Under the pieces are notes generated by a model that was not told where the DNA came from, did not search any database, and saw nothing but the letters and a program-made list of their open reading frames with translations. A DNA stretch of 64,000 nt from Protoeuglena noctilucae (lineage: Eukaryota), in assembly GCA_958009085.1 (NCBI GenBank), contig OY253686.1, positions 372,001 through 436,000 on the forward strand, written 5' to 3'. The translations under genes and the position numbers were made by a program. This document shows, piece by piece, positions 48,360-60,815 of this stretch (positions are counted from its first letter, which is position 1; each line of letters begins with the position of its first letter).

Positions 48360-51300
48360 CTACATGAGGCGGGCACGTTGCTCCCGACGGTGCTCGAGAT
48401 TCCGGATCTCCGCCCACCTGTGGCAAGCAGCGGCCTGCCATGTGAACGCTGTTTTGCTCGACAAATACATGCCAGCATGACAACCAGGCTAATCAAGATT
48501 AGATATCTGCAATGTCACTCGGCTGGCTAGTTTGACGGCAATGTCACTTCCGTGCAAATTGAGCTAGCACCGGACCACCCCGTCTCACCTCGCCGTCGTC
48601 ATCTCCGCCTCTCCGTGACTGGCGCACAGGGCCCGCCCCAGCGTCAGCCAGCGGTGCAGGTCGCCCGCCGTCAGCGCCGAGTCTGTCGACTTGGCCTGAG
48701 CCATATCGGCCTCGATATGGGAGGCGACCCCGGGGGCCATGCGGTGCTGCGTCGTCAGCTCTCTCGCCTCTGCCAAGAAGCGCCGACAGAGCTGCTCGTC
48801 GACCTGGGGGCGGTCAGAGCCAGGGAGGGTCGCGGGAGTGAGTGGTGGGAGCAACACGGCCTGACAGCGAGTGCCACCTTGGGTGCGCTTGCTCACACAT
48901 GTAATTGTTACAATGTAACCTAGTTGACATGGGCAGTACGCATCCTGCTGACGCACTCAGTGCAGCGCATCATGCAACGACGGACCTGGCTTAGCGCTTG
49001 CCGCACGGCCTGGAGCGTGGGTTCTGACGAGCCAGCTGGCAGGGGCACCACGGTGTGGGCTTTGGCGAGGGACTTGCTCGACGAGAGGACGAGCACGGGC
49101 GCATCCACCTGCGTACATGCCGGGATGGGCCACACTCATCGCAACTGCGTTGGAATGCCTCAAGTAACAAAGCGCGGCAAGGGCGAGCTCACAGCAAAGT
49201 TCGAATGCAGGTGCCGCCGTCTGTGTCCATACCAACCACGGTGCCTATCAACCACGGTGCCCGTCCCTCTCTCTCACCGGCATCGTAATCTGGTAGAACT
49301 GGAGGTCGTAGTCGACGATCTGCCGCTCCGCGAGGGCCGCGATGGCCGCCATGTTCCGCACGCCACTCTCGTTGAGCTGGCCCGGGTGCATCGCGGTCTC
49401 GTCCAGCAGCACGACCGTGCCGTCCGCCGGCCGCAGCACGCCCTCAGACACGCGCCCGCGCTCGTAGTCTTTCCAAGGGCCCCACCGGCCCGAGTTCAGC
49501 CCCGCGAGCGTCACCCCCACGGGCAGCACCCGGGGCAGCAGCTCTGACAGCGCCAGGTGCGTGGCGGCAGCCGCGGGGGTCACTGCCAGCGAGTGCCCTT
49601 CCAAAGGCGTGCCAGCGCCCCAACCGAGGCCAGACACGCACGGGACGTCCTGAGCCAGCTTGGCGGTCGGCAAGCCCAGGATGTTGAGGGTGTGCGCCCC
49701 GACGGGCATGTCGCCGTGCCGGCCGTGCACCCGCGTCAGGAGGTGGCAGAGTGCGTACTCAGCCGACAGCTCGTCACCCCCCAGCGCTGCCGCAAGCACC
49801 GACTTGACCTGGACGCGTGCCGAGGCGACCTGCTCGGAGGACAGCGTCCATGGCACCACGGAAGGGGAAGCACTGCCCGCGGTAGGGTCGCGATTGACAC
49901 CCGCTGCTTCGTTGCTGGCTGGCCCCGTGGGCGGTGCGGCGCTCGCTCCGGCGCCCCGGGGCAGGGCCGCGTCGGAGAGGGCGAGGGGTGCCAGGTGCCT
50001 GCGGTGGAAGAGCACGTGGACCCGGGGGACGGCGCTGGTGGGCGGCACAGCTGCCTCCCGCTCCTCCGCGAAGGCCACGCCCTCTGCGAACAGGGCATCG
50101 TGGGCCATGATATATACGGGTTTGTTTCATGACATAGCTGGCTTATGACGCGGGGGTTGTAAGACGCAATGCAAAGCGCTGGGGAGCGTGAGAGGGATCA
50201 ACTCCGCATGTCGTCGCGACACCGGCCACATTAACCTTGTCTCAAGCGAACAGCGCCGATAAAGTAGGTGCCGATTGATCTCACCGCGCCACTCGGGATC
50301 GAGGTACGCCGCCCCGATGCTCGGCGTGACGGTGAAGATACCGACGACCTCCACCACGTCCCCCAGCCGAAGCTTCTCGTCTCCGTACTGCAGGAAACAG
50401 AGGGAGGGCCTGGCGGTGAATTGCAAATTACATATGCTGGATCACCTTCATGGTTCTGGTCATGCCTTTGACCCACGTGTGGAGTGCGGGGTGCTACCAC
50501 CTCTCTAACACCGGTGCCCCTATTCCACTCACTAGATAGGCAAGCACCTGTCCCTGCCGGGTCCCAGGTGCCGCCAAGCCCTTGGTCCCCGCGGTGGCCG
50601 CGGCCCCTGCCCTCTCCTCTCCAGGTGTCGCGGCCTGGCCCTCCTGTGCCCCGTCCTCCTCAAGACGTCCCGCCACCGACCTCCCATGCGAGGCGTCCAG
50701 AGCGGGCGTGTCCTGCGGAGCCCGGAAAACACTTAGTTAGCAACTTCAGGGCTTTAGAACAGCTGCATGGGTTACATGAATGTAGCTCCTGCTCTCTTTG
50801 CTCGTGTTAGCTCTCTAGTGTGTTCAAGTCCCCACCTGGTCCATATCGGCATCCATGCTGTCATCGTCCCTAGGTCGCTTTGGGCGTGTAGGGACCGACG
50901 CGGGCGTTGCGGGAGCTGCAGCGTTCACGGGATCACCGGACAGCATGCGAGTCGCCCACTCACTCTCCCTGAAAGCCACGGGCCCGGTCGATGCGGTGAG
51001 TCAACGGCAGCTGGGCATGTGCAGCTTAGCAGACCTCGGCGGAACTCGCTTCACTCACCCTGGCACGAAGGACAGAAACACGGGACGGCGCTCCAGGAAA
51101 CCACCGGCTCCGTTCTGGTCCACGACGCAGTGGGGCGGGATGGCGTCGCGATAGAGAGAGCTGTGGCGCTCGCCACTGGGGTCCGAGAAGCTAGACACGA
51201 AAATCTCGGAGTCCAGCGTGTCCTGGACGAGCCCGCGGAAGCGCACTGCGGGCCAGGGCGCGCGTGCATGCATTTCCGAAAGCCATTCCGTTGCGTGGGA

Positions 51301-51538
51301 ACCGGCGGGGCGTCATCGATGGCTTCGGCTCACCCAGGGTGTCAGGAGGAACTTGATTGAGGTCGGTGACGTTGAGAGACGGCACCTTGGCCAGGGCGGA
51401 GGCGTCGCTCAGGCAGCGGGCGAAGTGCCCAGCGCAGGCATCGTGGCCCACGCCCCCGGCTCCGGACGCGGCATGCTGGCGCAGCAGCGCATCCACGACG
51501 CGGAGGGGACAGTGAATTTCTTCCCCGCCCTGCGTCAT
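48360..51538 (-). CDS. MCMBP: Mini-chromosome maintenance complex-binding protein
   Basis: VPSLN...VRFRGLVQDTL, LERRPVFLSFVPGE, YGDEKLRLGDVVEVVGI, PPTSAVPRVH, LGGDELSAEY, PWKDYERGRVSEGVLR..GTVVLLDETAMHPGQLNESGVRN, YDLQFY, DLHRWLTLGR. Confidence 0.93.
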
Positions 51539-51985
51539 ATCGCCTGCACGCGACGGGGAGGCCGAAACAGCGGCGACAGAGAAGGAGCTCGTTTCGACGT
51601 ATTCCGCGAGTATTTCCAAGAGAGTCCCGGGATATGGTTTGTTGGTCGCAGAAATGAGCGGTGGCAATAAAGATGCTGGGAAGAGAGCGCTTTTGCGGTG
51701 AGCTCCACGCGCAGCTGTCGCCAAGGGCGGGAAGCCAGTAGGGCGCGGCTTAGCTTAGCTCAGGCCAAGTGCACCGCCTGCGGTGTTAGCACTAAGTCTG
51801 ACCTTCCCTCATCTCCACATGTGTCGGCTCTCGTGCCTCCCGAGGTCCAGACAGACAGGGGGTGTCGCATCGACTCAGGCCCGCGGCCCGGCTCCATTCC
51901 TTCCACTCTTGCCAAGCAGCGGTCATTATCATCACCATCTGTCTTGCTGGAGTCCCACACGCTCAGGCCAGTCGTATTCATCGCC

Positions 51986-54255
51986 ATGACAAGCGCCGAG
52001 AGCCCTGGAGGGATGGCCGCGCCCCCTTCGGCTGGGCGCGTCGCCATTGCCCTCGATTGGACGCCCAACACGAATCATGTGGGCTTCTATGCGGCCAGGG
52101 CCTTCGGATGGTACCAGGCGGCCGGGCTGGACGTTCGGGTGCGTCGTGTGGGCCGCTAACCAACTGCTGCGCGCGATATCGGAGGCCTCCGGGCCTCTCG
52201 TAACCGATCGCTGTTCTTGATATGCAGTTCATTTCGCCCGCTACCGATGGGTACAAGGCCACGCCGGCATCGCGCCTCGTCAGGTGCGTGGCTGGGCAGT
52301 CAACTGCAGCGGCAACCGTGGGTCGCCCCGTGCGAGCGGACGACACTCTGTGCCCACAGTGGCGAGGCCTTGCTGGCCGTGACGCCGAAGGAAACGGTGG
52401 TGTCCTATTTCACGGCCCCCGAGTCTCGCAAGGACACGCACCCTCGCCTGCGTGCCGTCGGTTGCATCCTGCAGGCGAGTGGTCGATGCACGGTCCGTTT
52501 TGCAACCGTCTAGACCTGCGATCCCACGCACATGGAACTAGTTATGACTTGAGGAGGCTGGGCTTCTCAAGAGCGTATCGGAAAGGCTCAGGTGCCAGGC
52601 TTATGACGGTGTTTGCCACGGAGCCCAACGCCTGGCTGGTGTCTCTGTCTCTTCAGGACAACACTTCCGCCATCGTCACGCTCAAGTCCTCCGGCATCGA
52701 CAGCCCCAAGCAGCTGGACGGGAAGAGGTATGCGTCGTACGGCGCTCGCTATGAGGGGCGCATCGTGCAGCAGATGATCAAGGTGAGCTGATGTGCAGAG
52801 CATGTGGTGGTAGCCAGCCGTTCAGGGCCGCTGATGGACTGCACAGGCACATGCTGCTGTGGCCTATGCTTGAGTATAACTCAGACATCAGCTGTGCTGT
52901 GCTGTCCATGGTGCCTAGTGCTACTCGCTGATGACGTGCCGCCACCTGTCTGTCCATCCACGCAGAGCGACGGGGGCAAGGGCAAGTACGAGGAGGTGGT
53001 GGAGCCCATGCTGACGCTGTGGGACTCCGTCGTTTCTGGCAAGTTCGACGCCACGTGGGTCTTCATGGGATGGGAGGGCGTGGAGGCGGAGATGAAGGGG
53101 GTGCCGCTCAACGTCTTCATGCTGCAGGCGAGCTGTGCATTGTTTTATCTGGGACCCAGCAGGTACATGAAAGCAGGTACACGAGAGGTATGCGATGTCA
53201 GGAAGCATCTTAACCGTCCCTTTGCTTTGATAGGGCACAGATCGTATCACTCGCAACCTGCCTCAACTCTCGTCTCCTACCCTCGCCTGCTCTCAGGACT
53301 ACGGCATTCCGTACGGGGAGGGCCCGATGATCGTGGCCCTGGACAGCGAGTGCCAGAAAGACGACACGATGGTCGCCGCCGTCATGGCCGCCACGGCCCG
53401 GGGATACCAGTGGGCGGCCAACAACCCAGACGAGGCCGGTGAGAGTGGGAAGCGAGCAGCGTGACGTTACTTGTCGGTTCTAAGGTATCATATCAACCTT
53501 GTAGTCATGAGCAATGGACGAGTGACGTGTCACTTAGCCTTGCCGGATGCAACGTGCTCTCTGCGCAATGCACGTGCAACGTGCGCTGTGTGTGTCGCTT
53601 CTGCTTGTTGCAGGCGCGATGCTGGCGGACGAGGCTCGGGCGGACGGGGTGGAGCTGGACAGGGACATGTGCGTGCGATCGATGCGGTACCTGCAGAGCC
53701 ACTTCCTCGACAGGGACGGCAAGGCGAGAAGAGACATGGGCTGCGTCGATGCTATTTCACAGCAGTAGCTGCAGTCAAAATATACTGGTGAAAGACCGAG
53801 TGTGCAGTCGGGAGTTATCATGGTCACATTTTGACAACGCTGCTCTGTCCCGCAGTGGGGATCGATCCAAGAGTCGGCGTTTGGGGACTTTGTGTCCTGG
53901 CTGCACAAGGAGGGGCTGCTCACGACCAAGATGCAGAGCAGGTACGTGTCTTGGCTTGGGTGGGCATGGCTGACTGGCATGGCTGGCAAGGCTGGGCTGG
54001 GCTGGGCAGTCCACGCTTACAGTCGCCCTGCATGGCTATCTCTGCTTGCTCACTATCGCCCATGGTTGTTTACCATGCCGCTGCTTGTCACCGTGGTTCC
54101 TCACGAAACGTTCACGAGCCCTTTCGTGTCGCAGGGAGGGGTCGGCGACCGACACTGCAACGCTGGACGAGCTGAGGGCGGGCGACGGTGGGGATTTGAT
54201 CCCTCTGGACGCTGTGCCTGCCAAGGAGCTGTACACGAACAAGTTCGTCGCTTGA
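51986..54255 (+). CDS. NMT1/THI5-like family substrate-binding-fold protein (ThiY/SsuA-like)
   Basis: IALDWTPNTNHVGFYAARAFGWYQAAGLDV, TSAIVTLKSSGIDSPKQLDGKRYASYGARYE, DATWVFMGWEGVEAE, DYGIPYG, GYQWAANNPDEA, ELYTNKF. Confidence 0.88.
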
Positions 54256-54506
54256 GTGTGGCATTGACGGTCCTCGTAAGGGACTGACTAGGTGCTGATG
54301 GAGGGATTGGCTGGCAAAGGTCAGAACCTTGCAAACGAGTGTCTGCTTTGTGCTGTCCGTGTGTCTTTCAAAGCAGCGCACGTTGACTTGTGGTAGTAAG
54401 AGACGGCCTAAATGAAGAGGCACTGATGCATTGCCGCAGAGCCCAGCTGGCTCTTGGTATACAAATAAACTCCCGACACCTCTCTCTATGTGTTCCGTGC
54501 ATGCAA

Positions 54507-56702
54507 CTATCCAAACAGAATGCTCGCCGCCAGGTCCAGGTTACCCCCGCACTGCTGCAGGACCTCAATGCACAGACTTCGAGGGAACCCCATTTCCTCC
54601 AGCTGCTTCACCGAAGCCTCAGACACGCCCGCGGGTAGCGCGGTGGCCGGGGCAGCCGGGGCGGCCGTGACTTGCCCCCCGGTCGCACCCCCCGGCTCGC
54701 GGTTCGCTCCCACTGCGGCCCCAGCCGCCGCGCCCGCCCCCGCGTTCGCACCGCCGTTGCTGGCAGCGACAGCCGGGTCGGCAGCCGGTGCCGGGGTGGT
54801 ACCCTGCTGGCCCGGCTGGCCCTGGTCGCCCCCACTCACGCCCGCTTCAGCCTCGTCCTCCATGTCCGTCATTTTCTTGGGAATCTCGCTCTCGCTGAGG
54901 AAGGGCAGGGCCGTGTCGACTTCCGGGAACTGCGGGGCGGGACGGGCAGCCGGATGAGCGTTGTGTGAGTGGCTGCACATGCATGCACGTGTGTGTCCAT
55001 GACCACCCCGTCCCGCCATGCTCGCGTGGACGGGTGATACCCCTTTCAAATCATAGTGCACTCACGTAGAGGTGGTTCTTGTTGAGGTCGATGGAGCAGC
55101 GGTGTCGCTTGAGGTTGTCTAGGCCGAAGAGGAAGTCCATCTTGTTGTTATCAAGGATCTGAGGGACGTGGCGACGTGAGAGAGGGATGAGAGGGATGAG
55201 GTGAAACATGTTTGCACACCAATACCATGATAAAATCATCGTGATGAGCGACGGTCGACGGCATAACATGACATGGCCCTCGTGTCGCGGCGACGCACCG
55301 TGATGGCACAATTGATGTTGTGCGTGCCAACTTTGACCTTGACGGCGTGGATCTTGCCCACAATCTTCGCCTTCCCCACACCAACCGCAAAGCCCTCGAA
55401 TCTCGTGTCGATCCACGGCTCAAGCCCCAGCTCCGTGCGACCCAAAGAAGAGCGAACGCCGTCGTTGCACCCCAGTCGCGCACGCACGTCTGCCCCCATG
55501 GCACCAGTCGAACACGACCCTTGGCGGCAAGTGCCAAAGCGCGAGAAGCTGTCGAAGCAGGTTCTCCCCATGCCACGCAAGGCGCGCATGGGACCGGTCA
55601 TCTGTTACGCGCGTGCGAAGCCCCACACGAGCACGCCCCAGCTCACGTGGCGTACTGCATGCTCATGACGGTGATTTGCGCCCCAGAGTCCACGAATGCC
55701 TTGACCGAGTGGTCGTTGATCCACACGTCAATGTACAGCATCGTGACGGACCCCACCACCAGCTCCGGCTGATGCTCCATGATGTCCTCGAACTGCGCCT
55801 GCACCCGCTCCGCCCTGACCTGCTCCATGATGCGCCGCTGCACCTCTGGGTCATTCTCGTCGAGCTCCTGCCGTGCAGCCATCTGCAAAGAGGTGTTGCG
55901 AGGCGTTGGGGTGGGCTTGAAGGGAGGGAAGGGGTAAGGGCACACTCAGGGTCAGGATAAGCACACAAGCATTGAGATCTGGGCGTAGCAGCGACGGTGA
56001 GGGGCGAGAGCGGGGCGAATGCAGGGCGAGAGCTGCGCCGTCACCAGTTGGGGGAGCATGGGCGCCAGTTCCCGCCAAAAGGCATCCATGTCGCGAGACT
56101 GGAGGGCGGCGCGGAGTCGAGGGTTCGAGTCCATCACCCTCGCCATGACAGGGTCCCGGGAAGCTTCGTCCATCATACGCTGCATAATGGCAGGGTTGGG
56201 CCGGGACGGTGCGGCAGGCGCCGTCGTCAGGAGCATCACGACCTCTCGATCGGCGAGGTTGTACGTGGAAATCCTACGGTCGTCTTCCATCTGCGCGGAG
56301 CGGGAGCGCGATAGGCGCTTCTGGTTGCACAAGCAAGAGAAAAAATCACGTCTCATGTCACGTCTCGTGTCTGTCCGTGGTGTCGCGCACCAGCTGGTTA
56401 GCAAAGGTGACGAGTTGTTGCGCGCCCTCTGGAATGCCCATATGCCTCTGGATGCCGGCCTTCAGCTCGCGAACGGTGCGCTCCGTGTCGACCTGGCGGG
56501 GCGGGCGAGGAATGCAGCTAGGCAAAAAACCGTCGCAGATCTGGCATGTGGTAGCCAGAGCAGCACTCGAGATGGCAAGGCAACGCCACGAGTCGGCGCA
56601 GGCGTGTCCTGAACGCGCGGCAGGCCTTGCTGCCTGGCAACACACCGTGATTTCTCGCCTCCTCCCATCGGGCATCACCAGCGTCACAACAATGGACGGC
56701 AT
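54507..56702 (-). CDS. DDI1: DNA-damage-inducible protein 1 (UBL, helical domain, retroviral-like aspartyl protease, UBA)
   Basis: UBL (TVRELKAGIQRHMGIPEGAQQLVTF), MLYIDVWINDHSVKAFVDSGAQITVMS, IDTRFEGFAVGVGKAKIVGKIH, MDFLFGLDNLKRHRCSIDL, PFLSESEIP, UBA (QLEEMGFPRS...GGNLDLAASILF). Confidence 0.95.
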
Positions 56703-57136
56703 GGCAGCGCAGGCGCGCCCAGGACGGCGGCGTGGGCCACGGCAATGGCAATGCGCGAGTCCCAATAGCGCTGTTGCAAACCCGTTTCAGATTTTGGGGG
56801 GTTCAGGCCGTTGAACGCAGTCAGAGTCAGATGATGCGACATAGCCTCTTCGGTGTCTCCGTCGGGCTTTGCCCTTCGACGGAAACGGCAGCGTCAGGCC
56901 CACGCCCAGGTCCACTTTGCTTCGGAAGGCGAGATGGCCGGCTGGGGGACAGAGACGGGCTCAAGGATGCTTATGATTCACTAAAGTGTGTTCCTCTCCC
57001 TCTCTTTGACGCATCCGGGCCGTCCGCATTTGAATCCCTTGACCCAGCTGTCGCAGGCCCCAGCGCGCGTGCCATCCAGCCGTTGCCGGAATAGAGGCGC
57101 TTGACGCATCGAAGCGACAATGGACACGGTGCCGCC

Positions 57137-59679
57137 ATGGGCGGCCGACGCCGCCGAGCTCGGCGCGTGGCAGAGGGTCGAGCGGAAACGTCTGCTGGAG
57201 AGGTGCGGGCTCGCAGAGCACGCAGTGTAATCACTGCGTGCCCTGCGCCCTGCCGTTACCACCAGATTCATGCCCAACGCAGGGTTGGGTCGTCGGTCTG
57301 CGCGTCGTGCCCCTCCCCTTCCGTCCAGCGCATCTGCGTAGCGGCAGACAGGACCGTGAAGGCCACGTTCGGCGACAGCCAGACCCTTGTGATTAGTCCC
57401 GATGGAGGCGCCTTCGAGGTGTTTGGTCCGGACGGCCAGAAGCGAGGACGGTGAGGGCGCTACTGCACACGGACCGCGGGGCCCCCTGCTCAAGCTGAGC
57501 CCTACTTCAAGCAATGGCAGTGACTCCTGTAGCACAGCGTTTACGACTCATCTGCTGTTCTCCCAGGCACTTGACGGGAACGTGCACATCGCAGCACGCC
57601 TTCATGCTGGCGTCAGCTATGCGTGTTCGCAACGTGTACGTTCCCCACCCCGCATACTGCCGGGCTCTTGACGAAGGGGACGCCGTCTTCACGCTCGGGT
57701 GACTGCTGCGTGCAGATCGGAACCGCTAGCGACGCACCGCACATCGCCGTCCTTTCATCAATCTGAGGCTGATAGAGGGACCTCTCACATGGCAACCCTC
57801 GCCCCGTCACCTCTGCAGGCACCCCTGCACCTGGGCGACCTTCCCCAGGAGTTTGTCCGAGGCCACAGAGCTGGGGCAGCTGGTTGTGGATGCGGTGCAT
57901 GGCGTGCGCCTCGTCTCCACCGACCGCACCGTGGCCGTGACTCTGCACCCGACCCTGCTTGTCCTGCGGGCCACCTACCCCCTGCGCCTCAACAGGCGAG
58001 GCTCCTGCACTTTCGACTCTTACATCCAGCTCCCTGACCCCTCTCTCCACCAACATCTCATCATCTCTCGCTGGGTCGCTCGCAGGAGCGAGGCACCGTG
58101 GAACCCGCAGCCCCCGACCCTGCGGCACCATTACGCGTGGGTGACCCAGGAGTTCCCCAGCACAGCGGTGCCCGAGTGGCTGCAGGGCGCTCTGGCCCTC
58201 TGCGTCATTGCGGCGTGCGAGGCGGGCCTCGTTCCCTCGCCGGCCCTCGAGCCACATCAGGACACCACGCCGTCACCCAAAGACTCGCTGTCTTCCATCC
58301 AGCATTTCCTGGCGCGCTGGGCTCCCGGAGCTCTCGCAGCGTCCCCCCGGTTCGTGGAGCTGCCGACCTGCCAAGCGACGTACAGCCGTGCCGCCCCACC
58401 TGGCGCACCGGCTGACCGGGCCACGGTCACGGCCGACACGAACGGCGAGGCTCTGTCCTCGTGGCCCGGGCACCCCTCGGGAAGCTGGTGGGCATCACCG
58501 GCGACGGTCACCTGGCCGGGAGACGCGGTGCTCGTCGCAGAGTGGACGCCCCAGGGCACGCAGCTCCTGGTACCGGTACCGTCCTCTGATCTCGGGGACC
58601 ACGGACAGGGCGAGGTGGGGCCTGACGCCATGCAGGCTCCTGTGGTGGGTGGCTCCAGCACGACGGGTGGCGTGGAGGCCTTGACGGTGATGCATGAGGA
58701 CGGCTCTCTCCTGCTGACGTCGGGGGCAGGTCGGTACGTCCTGCACGTGCCGCCCGGGGAGTCCAGGCCGCGGCTACACCTGTCCAACGCGCTGCCCGAC
58801 CGTGTCGCGACGGGCGCGCCTGTGCTGGGAGACACCTTCGCTGGGGTGGGACCCCGCTGGGCCGACCTGGACGACGAAGGCAGCAGCGAGGGCGTTCGGA
58901 TGCGGCAGGGCACTGTTGCCCTGGGGCCCTGCGCGTCCCGGCTCCTCGCCTTACGGGGCGTCGCCGAGTCAGCCATACGGTTGACCGAGTCCACAACAAA
59001 GCGCCCCTCACGATACTCGGGGTCCATCCACGATACCCCGGGACCCTCTTCTTATGGCGGCACCGCTAGTGGGAGGGAGCGGTGGGTGATGGCGGGCGAT
59101 GCATACGTGGAGGCGGCGCGATTCCCAAGCGCCTTTGTCGAGCACCCCGTGGCTGGCCGCAAGGTTGCGTATCATCGGCCAGGCGGGGGGCCATTGGGGT
59201 ACCCCGGTCCCTGGCATGGAGTAGCGGGGGCGGGCGGTGACGAGCGAGTGGCGCCGGCATCTGAGGCTCAGGCGAAGGGTTACTTCAGCTCGGCGGGGTC
59301 GTATAGAGAGCGCTACGAGATGGGCAAGGACGAGGGCGTGGTGGAAATGGGGTTCGATCCCGCGGTGGGGCACTTCACGGCCTTCGCGGACGGCCGGGTG
59401 CAGGTGCGGTTCGTGGACGCGGCGGTGGCGTGGGTCGAGCCGGACGGCGTCCTGTGCCGGGTCGTGCTCCCTGGTGGCGGGCCTCCGCGCGCCGTGAGCA
59501 CCGCGAGGCCCATCGGGGTGGAGGCGTACGTCACGGCAGCGATGGAGTTCCGCGGCTGGGCCCTCCAGGGACCCACGGGGCGGGCGGCGGCGCTGCGGGC
59601 CCAGCGCGCGGTCGCCGCCGAGCTGTCGCGCATCCAGCGTCAGGTGGCCATCGTGCAGAGCGGGTGGCGCCCCTCTTGA
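57137..59679 (+). CDS. C5orf34-like uncharacterised protein (DUF4524-like N-terminus, DUF4520-like C-terminus)
   Basis: ATG in gccgccATGg context. N-terminal RICVAADRTVKATFGDSQTLVISPDGGAF and C-terminal VGHFTAFADGRVQVRFVD...YVTAAMEFRGWA resemble the C5orf34 family as I recall it; not verified by search. Confidence 0.6.
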
Positions 59680-59759
59680 CGCGGCTTGGAGTGAGCGCCT
59701 GCCTTGCGTGGTCACCTAGGCTCTACCCTACACAACTCTGCCCTACTGGCTAGTAACAG

Positions 59760-60491
59760 TTAGTACCCAGTGCTGCCAGCCTCGAAGGGCGCCGGCTGAC
59801 GCAGCAGCGGATTGGATAGCCTGGCCATGACCTTCTCTAGCCGTTGCTTGCGGTCGACGTCGCCGTCCCGTCCAGCTTCCCTGGGGGCAAGCACGGTGGG
59901 CGATAATGGGCGCACCCGGACAGCCCTTGCTTGCTGCAGTGCAGAGCGGCAGCCCAGTATCATCCCAAGTCATACCTGATCCGATGGAACAGCCAGTCGA
60001 AGTACTCCTCCTCAAACACCCTGTCTGCGCGGAACGACCGAGCCGTCTCCCAAAACACCATCCCCGATTGGTCCGCCGTGTACGCCTGGCAAAGCGCGTC
60101 GAGGATGGAGTCCCAGCTCTGCCCCGTAGGCACCTGCGCAGCCGTAGGAGTAGCCATGACAAAGACAGCGATGAAAAACTCGTGAGCATGGCCGCCAATG
60201 ATCCACCACACGCACCTGTCCTTCCACCATGTACTTGCCGAGCTCTTGGCTCGGAGTTGCCGCGCCAGGGCCGCTGGAAAGCTCAGCTGGGGGGTCCCAC
60301 TGGGTCTTGTTCGTCGCTGTGTCCCAGTAGTACGTGCGCCCCGAAGCCGGATCGACGACCGCCTCCCAGCCCGGCGGAAGGCTCCTCTGGGCGCTTCGGG
60401 TGAGAACGCGGGGGCCGCGATGTGCACTACGGAGGCTTGGGCGCGGCGCAGCGTGCGATGTCCGCGCTAGGGGCGCGGATAGCACACGCAT
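59760..60491 (-). CDS. Small WW-domain protein with transit-peptide-like N-terminus, 3 exons
   Basis: LPPGWEAVVDPASGRTYYWDTATNKTQWDPP is a canonical WW domain. The leader is Arg/Ser/Ala-rich and lacks acidic residues. Confidence 0.85.
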
Positions 60492-60815
60492 GAGACCGGC
60501 ACGGCAGAGACTTTATCAACCGCACATGGTGTGAGAAGGTCTGCGGCACAATGCTGCCGATGGGGAAGGCTCGACGTAAGGACAGTTTTGCCTTGCGTGT
60601 CAGGGCACACCTGGTTCTTCGCGAGGGCAGGCGCTCGACCTTCGCCACCGCTCCCGCATATACTCAGTAGATCATAGCATCTGTCGATGCGTCTGTAGTC
60701 CAAGCATTTGCCGCCCAGTGGCTCCCACAGCTGTGGATACACACACGCCAGCACCTGGAGACGCGTGGCCCTCGGCGACGGCGTTCTTCCTGTCGTCACG
60801 CTAGAAACCGTTCGG

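Noticed and set aside
52475..54500. TPP riboswitch in the introns or 3' UTR of the NMT1-like gene
   Set aside because: No CUGAGA motif or P4/P5 consensus seen; only a small hairpin near 52548-52571.
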